Shown piece after piece: positions 1 through 9,706 of a stretch of 64,000 nt of DNA. Source of the stretch: Candidatus Eiseniibacteriota bacterium (lineage in GTDB: Bacteria > Eisenbacteria > RBG-16-71-46 > CAIMUX01 > VGJL01). The DNA lies in the NCBI GenBank assembly GCA_963792585.1, contig CAWBWI010000001.1:416001-480000 (forward strand). Direction: 5' to 3'. The stretch's first letter is position 1. Every line of letters begins with the position of its first letter. The notes beneath the pieces are model-generated. The model was not told the DNA's origin. It saw only the letters and a program-made list of their open reading frames with translations, and did not search any database. Made by a program: the position numbers and the translations under genes.

Positions 1-495
1 GACGGTCGGGCCGGGTGGATCGATGTCGGTTCTCTCGAAGCGGAGGATCGGCCCGCTCTGGCGGGATTCTGGGATCCGCCGCTGCGTTCGCCCCGCTTCG
101 GGGCCTCGCCGGAACGCGTGTGCGCGCGCGCCCTCGCCCTCCTGGGGACGCCCTATCGCTGGGGCGGAACCTCTCCCGGCGGATTCGACTGCTCCGGCTT
201 CGTCCGCCTCGTCCTCGGCCTCGAGGGCGTCGTCCTTCCGCGCGATGCGCAAGATCAGGAAACCGCCCTCTCGGATCGCCGGGTCGATCGCCCGCCGGCA
301 CGGCTGCGCGCGGGTGAGATCGTCTTCTTCGGCCCCCGTCGCGGTCGGGCCAACCACGTGGGCCTCGGAATCGGCGGGATGGCCGGTCGCCTCATCCACG
401 CCAGCGGCCGCGTGCGGATCGCCGGGCTGAACCCAAGGGATCCGCTCTTCGATGCGGACCTCGCGCGCCAGGTGCGCTCGATCGCGCGTTCCTGA
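1..495 (+). CDS. NlpC/P60 (C40) cell-wall peptidase, YkfC-like, 5'-truncated by the window edge
   Basis: Frame +1 is open from base 1 (DGRAGWID, SH3b-like), then GTPYRWGG..GFDCSGFV (catalytic Cys), NHVGL and LIHASG (His residues). Confidence 0.85.
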   Translation, partial: DGRAGWIDVGSLEAEDRPALAGFWDPPLRSPRFGASPERVCARALALLGTPYRWGGTSPGGFDCSGFVRLVLGLEGVVLPRDAQDQETALSDRRVDRPPARLRAGEIVFFGPRRGRANHVGLGIGGMAGRLIHASGRVRIAGLNPRDPLFDADLARQVRSIARS

Positions 496-600
496 GGCCG
501 CCGGGTCCGTCTCCGATCCGTCCTCTCCTCCGCGACGCCCCATGAATCCGAGTGCGTAAGACAACACAACAGGGAGTCGCCAAATCTGCCGATCGGGGAG

Positions 601-628
601 TTGACACCGCATCAAAGTCCTATAAACT
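601..628 (+). promoter_or_regulatory. sigma70-type promoter of the hdr-flx operon
   Basis: TTGACA (601-606), 16-nt spacer, TAAACT (623-628), in an AT-rich patch upstream of hdrC. Confidence 0.7.
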
Positions 629-632
629 TAGC

Positions 633-652
633 CTTGTGATCTAAATCACAAG
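633..652. promoter_or_regulatory. Palindromic operator, Rex- or CRP/FNR-family type
   Basis: CTTGTGAT-CTAA-ATCACAAG has perfect 8-bp arms with a TGTGA-N6-TCACA core and lies just downstream of the -10 box. Confidence 0.75.
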
Positions 653-697
653 CCTGCCGGTGGCCGCCCGGCCGGGATGTGGATGGGGAGGTGGAGT

Positions 698-1228
698 ATG
701 TCGGGTCCAACGGCGGCGCTGCGCGCCGGGGTGGCGGAGTCTACCGCCCAGAACCCATTTCGCTGCTACCAGTGCGGGAACTGCTCTGCCGGATGTCCCA
801 TGTCCGGTCACGGGGATCTCCTCCCGCACAGCATCTTCCGCCTTCTACAGATGGACAGCGATCGCCCGCTCCACGCGATGCAGCCTTGGCTCTGCGTCGG
901 CTGTCAGACGTGCGCCGTGCGCTGTCCCCAAGAACTCGACCTGTCCCGCGTGATGGACTACCTGCGCGCCGAACAGGTCCGGCGGGGGACCGTGCCGCGC
1001 GAGGCAAAGCGGATGGCCGCCTTCAATCGGATCTTCCTCGAAAGGATCCTGGCCGGCGGACGTCTCTCCGAGATCGAGCTCGGCGTCTACTTCAACATGG
1101 CGATCCGCAATCCGCTCGAGAATGCCGCCGCGCTCCCGGGGCTTCTGACCCGAGGGAAGTTCAAGCTGCCCGGCCGGGCCATCCGCGGTCCCGGCGTCGC
1201 CGCCAAGCGCGCGGGGAGGTCGTCATGA
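698..1228 (+). CDS. hdrC: Heterodisulfide reductase subunit C (2x[4Fe-4S])
   Basis: CYQCGNCSAGCP and WLCVGCQTCAVRCP motifs; first gene before hdrB and hdrA. Confidence 0.9.
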   Translation: MSGPTAALRAGVAESTAQNPFRCYQCGNCSAGCPMSGHGDLLPHSIFRLLQMDSDRPLHAMQPWLCVGCQTCAVRCPQELDLSRVMDYLRAEQVRRGTVPREAKRMAAFNRIFLERILAGGRLSEIELGVYFNMAIRNPLENAAALPGLLTRGKFKLPGRAIRGPGVAAKRAGRSS

Positions 1229-2112
1229 GCCGCTTCTCCTATTTCCCAGGTTGCTCCCTCCACTCGACCGCCCGCGAGTACGACGAGTCGATCCGCGCCA
1301 TCGCTGAACTCCTCGGGTTCGAGTTGAACGAAGTCCAGGACTGGTGCTGCTGCGGCGCCACGCCGGCGCACGCTCTCGACCCGAATGCGGCGAACATCCT
1401 CGGGATGTGGAATCTCGAGCACGCGCGGCGCGCCGGGACCGACCCGCTCCTGACCGGCTGCGCGTCGTGCTTCTCGCGACTGCGCGCCGTGCGGGAGGAG
1501 ATGGACGCGTCCCCCGAGCACCTCAACGATGCGCGCTCGAGGCTCGGCCTGATCGAGGACCCTCGTGTCGACGTCGTTCACATCGCCCAGGTCCTCATGC
1601 AGGAGGAGAACCGCGAGCGGCTGCGGGCCGCGATCCGACGTCCTCTCAAGGGCCTCCGGATCGCCAGCTACTACGGGTGCCTGCTGACGCGCCCCCGAGG
1701 CGATGGCGCAGTCGACGATGTCGAGGATCCCCGCATCCTGGAGGATCTGGTCACGCTGGTCGGGGCAGAGCCCGTCGAATGGCCGCTGCGCCTGGACTGC
1801 TGTGGCGCATCCATGGCTCTGCCTCGTCCCGATCTCGTGCACGAACTCTCGGGCAAGCTCCTCGCGATGGCCCACGAGCGGGGGGCGCAGGTGATGATGG
1901 TCGCCTGCCCCCTTTGCCACTCGAACCTCGACTTCCAGCAGGCGACGATCCTGAAGAAGATGGGGCAGGACTGGCGGATGCCGATCCTCTACCTGACGCA
2001 GGTCATCGGGCTCGCGCTGGGGGTCTCGGCTTCGACGCTGGGGATCACGCGTCACTATGTCCCCGTACCCATCGATGCGTTGCTCTCCTCGGGGGAGGTG
2101 AACCGTGTCTAG
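1225..2112 (+). CDS. hdrB: Heterodisulfide reductase subunit B (two CCG domains)
   Basis: YFPGCS, WCCCG, CASC, YYGCLL, DCCG and ACPLCH motifs; ATGA overlap with hdrC. Confidence 0.93.
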   Translation: MSRFSYFPGCSLHSTAREYDESIRAIAELLGFELNEVQDWCCCGATPAHALDPNAANILGMWNLEHARRAGTDPLLTGCASCFSRLRAVREEMDASPEHLNDARSRLGLIEDPRVDVVHIAQVLMQEENRERLRAAIRRPLKGLRIASYYGCLLTRPRGDGAVDDVEDPRILEDLVTLVGAEPVEWPLRLDCCGASMALPRPDLVHELSGKLLAMAHERGAQVMMVACPLCHSNLDFQQATILKKMGQDWRMPILYLTQVIGLALGVSASTLGITRHYVPVPIDALLSSGEVNRV

Positions 2113-4102
2113 GATCGGCGTCTTCGTTTGCCATTGCGGCGAGAACATCGGACGGACGGTCGATTGCGCCCGCGTGGCGGAAGCCGCGAACGAGCTGCCC
2201 GGAGTCGTGCTCTCGACCGACTACAAGTACATGTGTTCCGATCCGGGGCAGAACAAGATCCGCGAAGCGATCCGCGATCTGCATCTCGACGGGGTCGTCG
2301 TGGCCGCCTGCAGCCCCGCGATGCACGAACCGACCTTCCGGCGCGCGACCGCCAACGAAGGGGTGAACCCCTTCCGGTGCGAGATGGTCAACGTCCGGGA
2401 GCACTGCTCGTGGGTCCACGAGGATCGGGACGAGGCGACGGCCAAGGCGATCGACCTCGTCCGGATGATGGTCGAGAAGGTCAAGCGCAACGAGGATCTC
2501 TTCCCGATCAAGGTCCCGATGACGCGACGCGCGCTCGTGGTCGGCGGCGGCATCGCCGGGATCCAGGCTGCGCTCGACATGGCCAACGCGGGCATCCCGG
2601 TCGTGATGGTGGAACGCGAGCCGTCGATCGGCGGCCATATGAGTCAGCTTTCCGAGACCTTTCCGACGCTCGACTGCTCGCAGTGCATTCTGACGCCGCG
2701 CATGGTCGAGGTCGCGCAGCATCCGCTCATCACCCTCCACACCTATTCCGAGGTCGAGGAGGTGCGCGGCTACATCGGAAATTTCAAGGCCGTCATTCGC
2801 AAGAAGGCCCGAAGCGTCGACATGTCCAAGTGCACCGGTTGCGGGATCTGCCAGCAGAAGTGCCCGCAGAAGAAGCTGCCTTCGACCTTCGACGCGGGTC
2901 TCGGGAACCGGGCCGCGATCTACATCCCGTTCCCGCAGGCGGTGCCGAACAAGCCGGTGATCGACCGCGAGCACTGCACCTACTACAAGAACGGGAAGTG
3001 CGGGGTCTGCAAGAAATTCTGCGGCCCCGACGCGATCGATTTCGATCAGCAGGACGAGCTGGTCACGGAAGAAGTCGGCGCCGTGGTCCTCGCGACCGGC
3101 TATCAGCTCTACAAGATCGGGGACCCCGAGCCCGGGCTGCGCGGGTATCCCGAGTATGGCGGCGGCAAGCTGGCCGATGTGATCGATGGGCTGCAGTTCG
3201 AACGACTGGCCTCCGCCTCGGGTCCCACGGGCGGGGAGATCAGACGCCCATCGGACGGGAAGATCCCGAAGACCGTCGTATTCCTCCAGTGCATCGGCAG
3301 CCGCGACAAGTCCAAGGGGATGGAATACTGCTCGAAGATCTGCTGCATGTACACGGCGAAGCACGCCTTGCTGTACAAGCACAAGGTCCATGACGGCAAG
3401 GCGATGGTCTTCTACATGGACGTGCGCGCTCCGGGGAAGGGGTACGACGAGTTCGTGCGCCGCGCCGTCGAGGAGGACGAGGTCCTCTACCTCCGCGGTC
3501 GCGTGTCGCGCCTGTACGAGGACAACGGCCAGATCGTCGTCTCGGGCGTGGACACGCTGTCGGCCGGGGCGGTGGAGATCCGCGCGGATCTCGTCGTCCT
3601 TGCGACCGCGATCCGTCCCCAGCCCGACGCGCGGACGCTCGCGCAAAAGGTGGGGGTCGGCTACGACCGGGACGGCTATTACTCCGAGGCCCATCCCAAG
3701 CTGCGGCCCGTCGAAGCGCCTGCCGCGGGCATCTTCCTCGCTGGGGCGTGCCAGGGTCCGAAGGACATCCCGGAGGCGGTCGCGCAAGCGAGCGCAGCCG
3801 CATCGAAGGCGATGATTCTCTTTTCGAAGGAGATCCTCGAGCGCGAGCCGATCGTGGCGCGCGTCAACGAGGCCACCTGCGCCGGTTGCTTCGCGTGCAA
3901 GGAAGTCTGCGCCTACGGCGCCATCGAAACGCTCGACATCCTGGACCGGCAGGGCAACATCGTGCGCCGCGTCGCGCACGTCAATCCGGGCGTGTGCAAC
4001 GGGTGCGGGACGTGCGAGGCGATCTGTCCGTCGAAGTCGATGGACCTGTCCGGTTACACCGACGAGCAGATCTTCGCGCAAATCGGCGCGCTCGAGCCGT
4101 AG
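2105..4102 (+). CDS. hdrA: Heterodisulfide reductase subunit A (FAD/Fe-S, electron-bifurcating)
   Basis: RIGVFVCHCG, ACSP..HE, GGGIAG, FPTLDCSQC, CIGSRD, YCSKICCMY, inserted and C-terminal ferredoxin motifs. Confidence 0.97.
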   Translation: MSRIGVFVCHCGENIGRTVDCARVAEAANELPGVVLSTDYKYMCSDPGQNKIREAIRDLHLDGVVVAACSPAMHEPTFRRATANEGVNPFRCEMVNVREHCSWVHEDRDEATAKAIDLVRMMVEKVKRNEDLFPIKVPMTRRALVVGGGIAGIQAALDMANAGIPVVMVEREPSIGGHMSQLSETFPTLDCSQCILTPRMVEVAQHPLITLHTYSEVEEVRGYIGNFKAVIRKKARSVDMSKCTGCGICQQKCPQKKLPSTFDAGLGNRAAIYIPFPQAVPNKPVIDREHCTYYKNGKCGVCKKFCGPDAIDFDQQDELVTEEVGAVVLATGYQLYKIGDPEPGLRGYPEYGGGKLADVIDGLQFERLASASGPTGGEIRRPSDGKIPKTVVFLQCIGSRDKSKGMEYCSKICCMYTAKHALLYKHKVHDGKAMVFYMDVRAPGKGYDEFVRRAVEEDEVLYLRGRVSRLYEDNGQIVVSGVDTLSAGAVEIRADLVVLATAIRPQPDARTLAQKVGVGYDRDGYYSEAHPKLRPVEAPAAGIFLAGACQGPKDIPEAVAQASAAASKAMILFSKEILEREPIVARVNEATCAGCFACKEVCAYGAIETLDILDRQGNIVRRVAHVNPGVCNGCGTCEAICPSKSMDLSGYTDEQIFAQIGALEP

Positions 4103-4117
4103 GGAGGCGGGGCAACG

Positions 4118-5365
4118 ATGAGCAGCGAAACCGAAACCAAGGCGAATCCGACCTGGCAGCCTCGCATCACCGCGTTCGTCTGCCGTTGGTGCACGTATGC
4201 GGGGGCGGATCTGGCCGGCACGAGTCGCCTGAAGTACCCGCCGCAGATCCGGATCGTGAAGCTGCCCTGCAGCGGGAGGATCGATCCGCTCTTTCTCCTG
4301 CGGGCGTTCCAGATGGGGACCGACGGAGTTCTCGTCTCCGGATGCCATCCGGGGGATTGTCACTACATCAGCGGCAACTACTATGCGAGGCGCCGCTGGG
4401 TCATGTTCCGCGAGCTCCTCGAGTTCGTTGGCTTCGACATGCGACGTGTTCACTTCTCGTGGGTGTCCGCGGCGGAGGGGGCGAAGTTCGTAGACGTCGT
4501 GAAGAACGTGACCGAGGCGGTCCGGGAGGCGGGACCCTACCCCGGCTTTGCTCCCGCCGGTTCCCGGGACGGACGGATCCGGGCCGCCGAGGCGGTGAAG
4601 GCCAGGGCGGTGGAACCATCCTTCGATGCGATGCGCCAGGATCTCGAGTCGGGCAAGGTACGGGCCGTTCTCGGATATCGGGAAGGACGGATCGCGGGGA
4701 GCCTGAGTCCGGCATGGGCGCGGTCTCCGTCCGAGGCTGCGCGGCTCCGGTACGCGGATGGTGCGACGCCTTCTCTGGTGGGTTATCTGGTCCGCCAACT
4801 GAAACAGGATCCGCTGGCGTCGTACGGCATCATCGCCGGTCCCCAAGAACGGGCGGCGATTGCCATGCTCCAAGCCGAAAATCAGATCGATCCGACCCAC
4901 GTGGTCGTCTATGAACAGACGGGCGATCTCCGCGCCGACGGGGACAAGGAAGCCTGGGATCTCTATCCGGTCCCCTCGATGGCGAGCCCCCTGCAAGATC
5001 GGTGGGACTTCTGGAGCGGGGAGTTCGCCCGTTGCCTTCGCTGCAATGCATGCCGCCAGGGCTGTCCGCTCTGCACCTGCACACGTTGCATCGCCGACAA
5101 GTCGCGGCCTCGCTGGATCGATGCCTCGCCGCGCCCGGAAGGCAACTGGGTCTGGAACATCACGAGGGCCTTCCATCATGCGGGGCACTGTGTCGAGTGC
5201 GGGGGATGCACCGCCGCCTGTCCGGCCGGGATACCGCTTGGGGCGTTGACCCACCATCTCGACCGCGCGGCCGTCCGCCACTTCGGGCAACCCGCGGACG
5301 GGGAAGCCCATCGCTCGCCCCTGGTCGCCTATCGGCTCGAGGACGAGGCCTCGTTCATTCTCTAG
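4118..5365 (+). CDS. FlxD(MvhD-like [2Fe-2S])-FlxC(4Fe-4S) fusion protein
   Basis: N-terminal FVCRWCTY..CSGRID..GCHPGDCHY..WVSAAEG (MvhD); C-terminal CLRCNACRQGCPLCTCTRC and HHAGHCVECGGCTAACP. Confidence 0.85.
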   Translation: MSSETETKANPTWQPRITAFVCRWCTYAGADLAGTSRLKYPPQIRIVKLPCSGRIDPLFLLRAFQMGTDGVLVSGCHPGDCHYISGNYYARRRWVMFRELLEFVGFDMRRVHFSWVSAAEGAKFVDVVKNVTEAVREAGPYPGFAPAGSRDGRIRAAEAVKARAVEPSFDAMRQDLESGKVRAVLGYREGRIAGSLSPAWARSPSEAARLRYADGATPSLVGYLVRQLKQDPLASYGIIAGPQERAAIAMLQAENQIDPTHVVVYEQTGDLRADGDKEAWDLYPVPSMASPLQDRWDFWSGEFARCLRCNACRQGCPLCTCTRCIADKSRPRWIDASPRPEGNWVWNITRAFHHAGHCVECGGCTAACPAGIPLGALTHHLDRAAVRHFGQPADGEAHRSPLVAYRLEDEASFIL

Positions 5366-5378
5366 CTCGGAGGTGGAG

Positions 5379-6399
5379 ATGTCGGAACACTGGACGCTGG
5401 CCGATCTGAAGAGCTTCGCGCGGACCCTTCTGGAGACGCATCGGGTGGTCGCCCCGGTGCCCGGGCCCGAGGGACCCGTGTGGGGCGAAGTCAAGGACCC
5501 CGAAGATATCGCCTGGGACTACGGCCGCACGGCGATCTCACCGCGGAGCTGGATGATCCCGCGGTGCGAGACGCTCTTCAGCTACGACGTCGCGTCGAAC
5601 CCGCCGCGCATCGAGGAGCCTTCCCTGGAGATGAAGCCGACCGCCTTGTTCCTTCTGCGAACCTGCGACGTCGCCGGGCTGCGCGCGCTCGACGCCGTCA
5701 TGAGGTGGGACTACGAGGACGAGCCGTTACGAAGCGCGGCGCAAGGCGACCCTGTTCGTCGCGCTGGGCTGCGACGCGCCGCCCTCTCCCGAGAGTTGCT
5801 TCTGCGAGTCCGCGGGGCTCGATCCGGGCTGGGCCGAGGATGCGGACATCATGATCGTCCCTTCGCGATCGGAGAGCGGGCCCCGCTACTCCGTTCACGC
5901 CCTCACCGAGACGGGGCGCGCGCGCCTCGCGAACGCGCCGGGTCCCGTCGCCGCGAAACGTCCCGAAACGACGTCGATCGGCACGGTGAAGGTCGACGTG
6001 GAACGGGCCAGAGCCTGGATGCGGGAGCATTTCGATGACTCCGGCTGGGAGAAGGTCGCCGAGGCCTGCATGGGTTGCGGAACCTGCGCTTTCGTCTGTC
6101 CGAGCTGCCACTGCTTCGATGTGCTCGACGAAGGAGATTGGCGACGCGGGGAGCGCGTGCGCTTCTGGGATTCCTGCGCCTTCGATCACTTCACGGCGCA
6201 TGCCTCGGGCCACAATCCTCGTCCGAAGCAAGCGAACCGATATCGGCAACGCATCTACCACAAGTTCATCTATTACCCGGACAAGTTCGACCGGCTGCTG
6301 TGCACCGGGTGCGGCCGATGCGTCGATGCCTGTCCCGGCGGAGTCGATCTGATCGAGATCCTGCAGGGGCTTGGACGGCAGGAGGTGACGGGAGCATGA
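5379..6399 (+). CDS. flxB: FlxB / AsrA-like 4Fe-4S subunit (one frameshift near 5730, likely sequencing error)
   Basis: LRTCDVAG, CFC, CMGCGTCAFVCPSCHCF, CTGCGRCVDACP, split over two frames. Confidence 0.85.
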
Positions 6400-7235
6400 G
6401 ACTCTACACTCCACACCTGATGCGCATCGAGGAGTCCCGCATGGAGACTCCTGACGTGAAGACGCTCAAGCTGCGTTTCCTCGACCCGGAGGCGGCAGAG
6501 CGGTTCCAGTTCCGTGCGGGTCAGTTCGGCCTCTACTCGGTCTTCGGCGAGGGGGAATCGACCTTCTGCATCGCCTCTCCGCCGACCCGTACGGGCTACA
6601 TCGAGTGCACATTCCGCGCGCGTTGGCAAGGTGACCGACGTCCTCCGCAAGAAGGAAGTGGGAGACATGATCGGCTTCCGGGGCCCATACGGCAATTCCT
6701 TCCCCATGGAATCGTTTGCCGGCAAGGACCTGCTCTTCGTCATCGGCGGGATCGCGCTGCCGCCGCTGCGTTGCGTTATCTGGAACGTCCTCGATCTTCG
6801 TGACCGAGTACGGCAAGGTGAGGATCGTCTACGGCGCTCGCACGCGTCGCCGATCTCGTCTACAAGGATGAGTTGAAGGAGTGGGGGGAGCGCAGCGACG
6901 TGGATCTGGTCACCACCGTCGATCCCGGCGGCGAGACGCCCGATTGGAAGGGGAAGATCGGGTTCGTGCCGACGGTCCTCGACCAGGTTGCGCCACCGTC
7001 GGCCAACTCGATCGCTTTCGTTTGCGGACCGCCGATCATGATCAAGTTCTCGATGCCGATCCTCGAGAAGCTCGGCTTCACGCCGCCGCAGATCTACACG
7101 ACCCTCGAGAACCGGATGAAGTGTGGGGTAGGCAAGTGCGGACGCTGCAACATCGGCCAGACCTATGTCTGCAAGGAAGGGCCGGTCTTCACGGCGGAGG
7201 ATTTGCTCGCGCTCCCGATGGCGAGCGACTACTAG
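6396..7235 (+). CDS. flxA: FlxA / AsrB-PyrK-like FAD/NAD(H)-binding [2Fe-2S] subunit (frameshifts near 6620 and 6810-6850)
   Basis: F.AGQF, GFRGPYGNSF, GGIALPPLR, CGPPIM, LENRMKCGVGKCGRC..VCKEGPVF. Confidence 0.88.
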
Positions 7236-7274
7236 CGAGCGGGCCGGGCGCCGCACGGCGCCCTCGAGCTCACC

Positions 7275-7312
7275 CGCGGAGGCCGGGAGCGATCCCGGTC
7301 TCCGTGTTTTTT
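7275..7312 (+). terminator. Intrinsic terminator of the hdr-flx operon
   Basis: 14-bp stem CGCGGAGGCCGGGA / TCCCGGTCTCCGTG (two G-U pairs), GCGA tetraloop, then TTTTTT. Confidence 0.85.
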
Positions 7313-7440
7313 CAGGTGGTCTTGAATCCCGGCGCGGGCGACTTCATCGATCCCACGGGCCCGTCACGCCGGTCTGGATTTCGCTCTCCGTTCGTGTAAG
7401 AATGCCCGCCATCGAATCCCGATCCGCGGATGGAGGTCTC

Positions 7441-8000
7441 ATGTACTCCCAGCGACTCGAAAAGGCGATCCGGCTGATGCTCCACGCCCACGCGGGGCAG
7501 CTGCGAAAGGCCGATCCCCAGGTTCCGTATGCGACCCACCCCTTCCATGTGGCCCTCATGGTGCGGGAGGCGGGAGGGACGAGGACTGCGTCATCTCCGC
7601 CCTGCTCCACGACGTGCTCGAGGATACCGACGTGACGGCCGAGGATCTGGAGGAAGCATTCGGCCCGCGCGTGGCCGCGATCGTGCGCGAGGTCTCCGAG
7701 GACAAGACACTCTCCTGGGAAGATCGGAAGGCGAGGATGGTCGAGCACCTTCGCGTCGCTTCGAGAGAGGCCTGTCTGGTCGCCGCGGCCGACAAGATCC
7801 ACAACCTCGAGACGCTGGTCGACGCGCATCGCCGTTTCGGCGGCGTGATCTGGACCGCGTTTCGCCGCGGGCCCGAAGCGACCGTTCGCTTTCATCGGGA
7901 GGCTTTCGATGCCATGCGCGATCGGATCCCCGGGGGCCTGCAGACGAGCTTCCTGAGGGCGATTGCCTCAGCGGAAGAAGTCGCGGGGCGACCGATCTAG
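7441..8000 (+). CDS. Stand-alone HD-domain (p)ppGpp hydrolase-like protein (SAH/Mesh1 family); frameshift near 7575
   Basis: AHAGQLRK..PYATHP..LLHDVLEDT..FG.RVA.IV.EVSEDK..AADKIHNL. Confidence 0.8.
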
Positions 8001-8028
8001 TCCGGGCGGTCGAAACCGCAAAGCGAAG

Positions 8029-8060
8029 CAGGCCCGCGCGGTGTCTCCCGCGCGGGCCTG
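8029..8060. terminator. Hairpin between convergent genes (probable bidirectional terminator)
   Basis: Perfect 13-bp stem CAGGCCCGCGCGG / CCGCGCGGGCCTG with a 6-nt loop; no strong U-tract. Confidence 0.6.
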
Positions 8061-8082
8061 ACTGTTCCATGGAATCGTCTGG

Positions 8083-9651
8083 TTAGGGTAGGGATTTGAC
8101 CGTTCGGAATCCGACGCCCCAGTCGGGAGTCTCGGGGAGGACGATGCTCCTGTTCCAAGTATTGACCGACCCGCCCCCCTTCGTCCACCCACCACCGCGG
8201 ATGATTCGCTGCGTACCGACGAACGGCGGGTTGTGCGGATTCGAGTAAGGACCGTACCAGTCCGCCGTCCACTCCCAGACGTTTCCGGCCATGTCCGCGA
8301 CCCCGAACGGGCTCGACCCGTCGAGTGTCTGATATCCGCCGTGGGCCGTCCCGTCGTAGAAACCGACCGGAGTCGTATGGACCCGTCCCTGGCCTTCGTA
8401 CGGATCGCCGCTGCCGCTGTAGTTCGCCCGCTTGGGGTCGAGTTCGGCTCCCCACGGAAGGGGGCGCCCGAAGCCGACGGTGATCTGTACCTGGGCGCTG
8501 TCCGGCCCGACCGTGAACGTGCTGTCGCCGTACTCTCCCGCCTCATTGCCGCGGGCGGCCATCTCCCATTCCGCTTCGGTCGGTAGACGTCGGCCGTACC
8601 ACTTGGCGTAGAAGTCGGCGCCGTCCCATGTCACTTCGATCGCGGGAAAACTCTCCTTACCCGAGAGGGTGGTGAAGAGGCTGTCGGTGCGGCTGTAGGT
8701 GATCTGCGAGTTGACGTTCGCTTCCTGCGTCAATGCGTACAGCACCGTTCCGCCGGCGTCGTAGACCATTCCGCCGCTGGTCGTGACCAGAGGGGACCTA
8801 CGGCGCAGTGCGAGGTTGAGTAGATCGACGAGTTGCTGGTTGGTCACCTCGTAGCGATCGATTTCGAACGCGTCGACGTGTATGGGAAGGCCCGGGTGGT
8901 GGAAGTCGTCGGAGGTCAGACGCTGGCCCATGAGGAGCCATCCCTCGGGAATGTTGAGTCGTTCGACTCGGGAGCTGAAGCCCCAGATCGGGCCGACCCC
9001 CATGGCGCCCTTCGGATCCCTTCCCTTCACTTGCCAGAAGTAGTGGGCATTGGGAACGAGCGTCTCGGATGGCGTCACCTGGGTCTCGGTTGTCGCCTCT
9101 GCGATCAACTTCAACTCGTTCCGGACCTTGCCGAAATAGACGTCGTAGAGGATCGTGTCGCCCGCATCGGGATCCGTTGCCGTCCAGCGCAGGGTGATGG
9201 TTCCCTCCGCGATCTCGGCCGCCTCGTTTTCCGGCTGGGGGGAAGACGGAGCGCTGGGGGTCGCGTTGGTCGTCGCGATGGCCCAGACGACCTCGGACGG
9301 GTCGGAGAGATTCGCGCGAACGGCCGCGCGGACCCGGTAGTAGTATTTCTGCCCTTCGGTCACGCGCGTGTCGGCGTAGGTCGAGGCGCTCTTCGCCACC
9401 GTGTCCGCCTCTGCGAAGCCGGAAGGTTCGCCCAGCGCGCGCTCGATCTTGAAGCTGGTCACATCGGGAGCGTTGTTGCGCCAGATCAGGGTGATCTGGC
9501 TGCCCGCCGTTTGCGAAATCTGCAGTTCGGACGGCGCCCGCGGCGGCGTGACCACCGGACCCGTCGGTCCACCTCCACCCCCGTTCCCACACGACAGGGA
9601 GAAGACCAACAGCAATGCCGCAGCCCCGATCAGGAGCCGTTCAGACCTCAT
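8083..9651 (-). CDS. Lipoprotein with fibronectin type III domains and a C-terminal FGE-sulfatase (SUMF1/C-type lectin fold) domain
   Basis: Lipobox LSC; Fn3 YYYRVRA; YEVTN, RRLPTEAEWEMAARG, DMAGNVWEW, RGG.W, GFR; GGAGG RBS. Confidence 0.85.
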   Translation of the reverse strand: MRSERLLIGAAALLLVFSLSCGNGGGGGPTGPVVTPPRAPSELQISQTAGSQITLIWRNNAPDVTSFKIERALGEPSGFAEADTVAKSASTYADTRVTEGQKYYYRVRAAVRANLSDPSEVVWAIATTNATPSAPSSPQPENEAAEIAEGTITLRWTATDPDAGDTILYDVYFGKVRNELKLIAEATTETQVTPSETLVPNAHYFWQVKGRDPKGAMGVGPIWGFSSRVERLNIPEGWLLMGQRLTSDDFHHPGLPIHVDAFEIDRYEVTNQQLVDLLNLALRRRSPLVTTSGGMVYDAGGTVLYALTQEANVNSQITYSRTDSLFTTLSGKESFPAIEVTWDGADFYAKWYGRRLPTEAEWEMAARGNEAGEYGDSTFTVGPDSAQVQITVGFGRPLPWGAELDPKRANYSGSGDPYEGQGRVHTTPVGFYDGTAHGGYQTLDGSSPFGVADMAGNVWEWTADWYGPYSNPHNPPFVGTQRIIRGGGWTKGGGSVNTWNRSIVLPETPDWGVGFRTVKSLP

Positions 9652-9706
9652 CTCCCAACCTCCTCAACCCCGGATATCAATGCCCATGCCCCACGGCTCC
9701 GGCTGC

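Noticed and set aside
2105..4500. Selenocysteine in HdrA or MvhD-like FlxD
   Set aside because: Both frames are open with Cys codons and no in-frame TGA
2045..5494. Long antisense ORFs (also 52954-55527, 44267-46399, 61323-63344)
   Set aside because: Shadow frames of GC-rich sense genes, with no recognisable motifs or RBS
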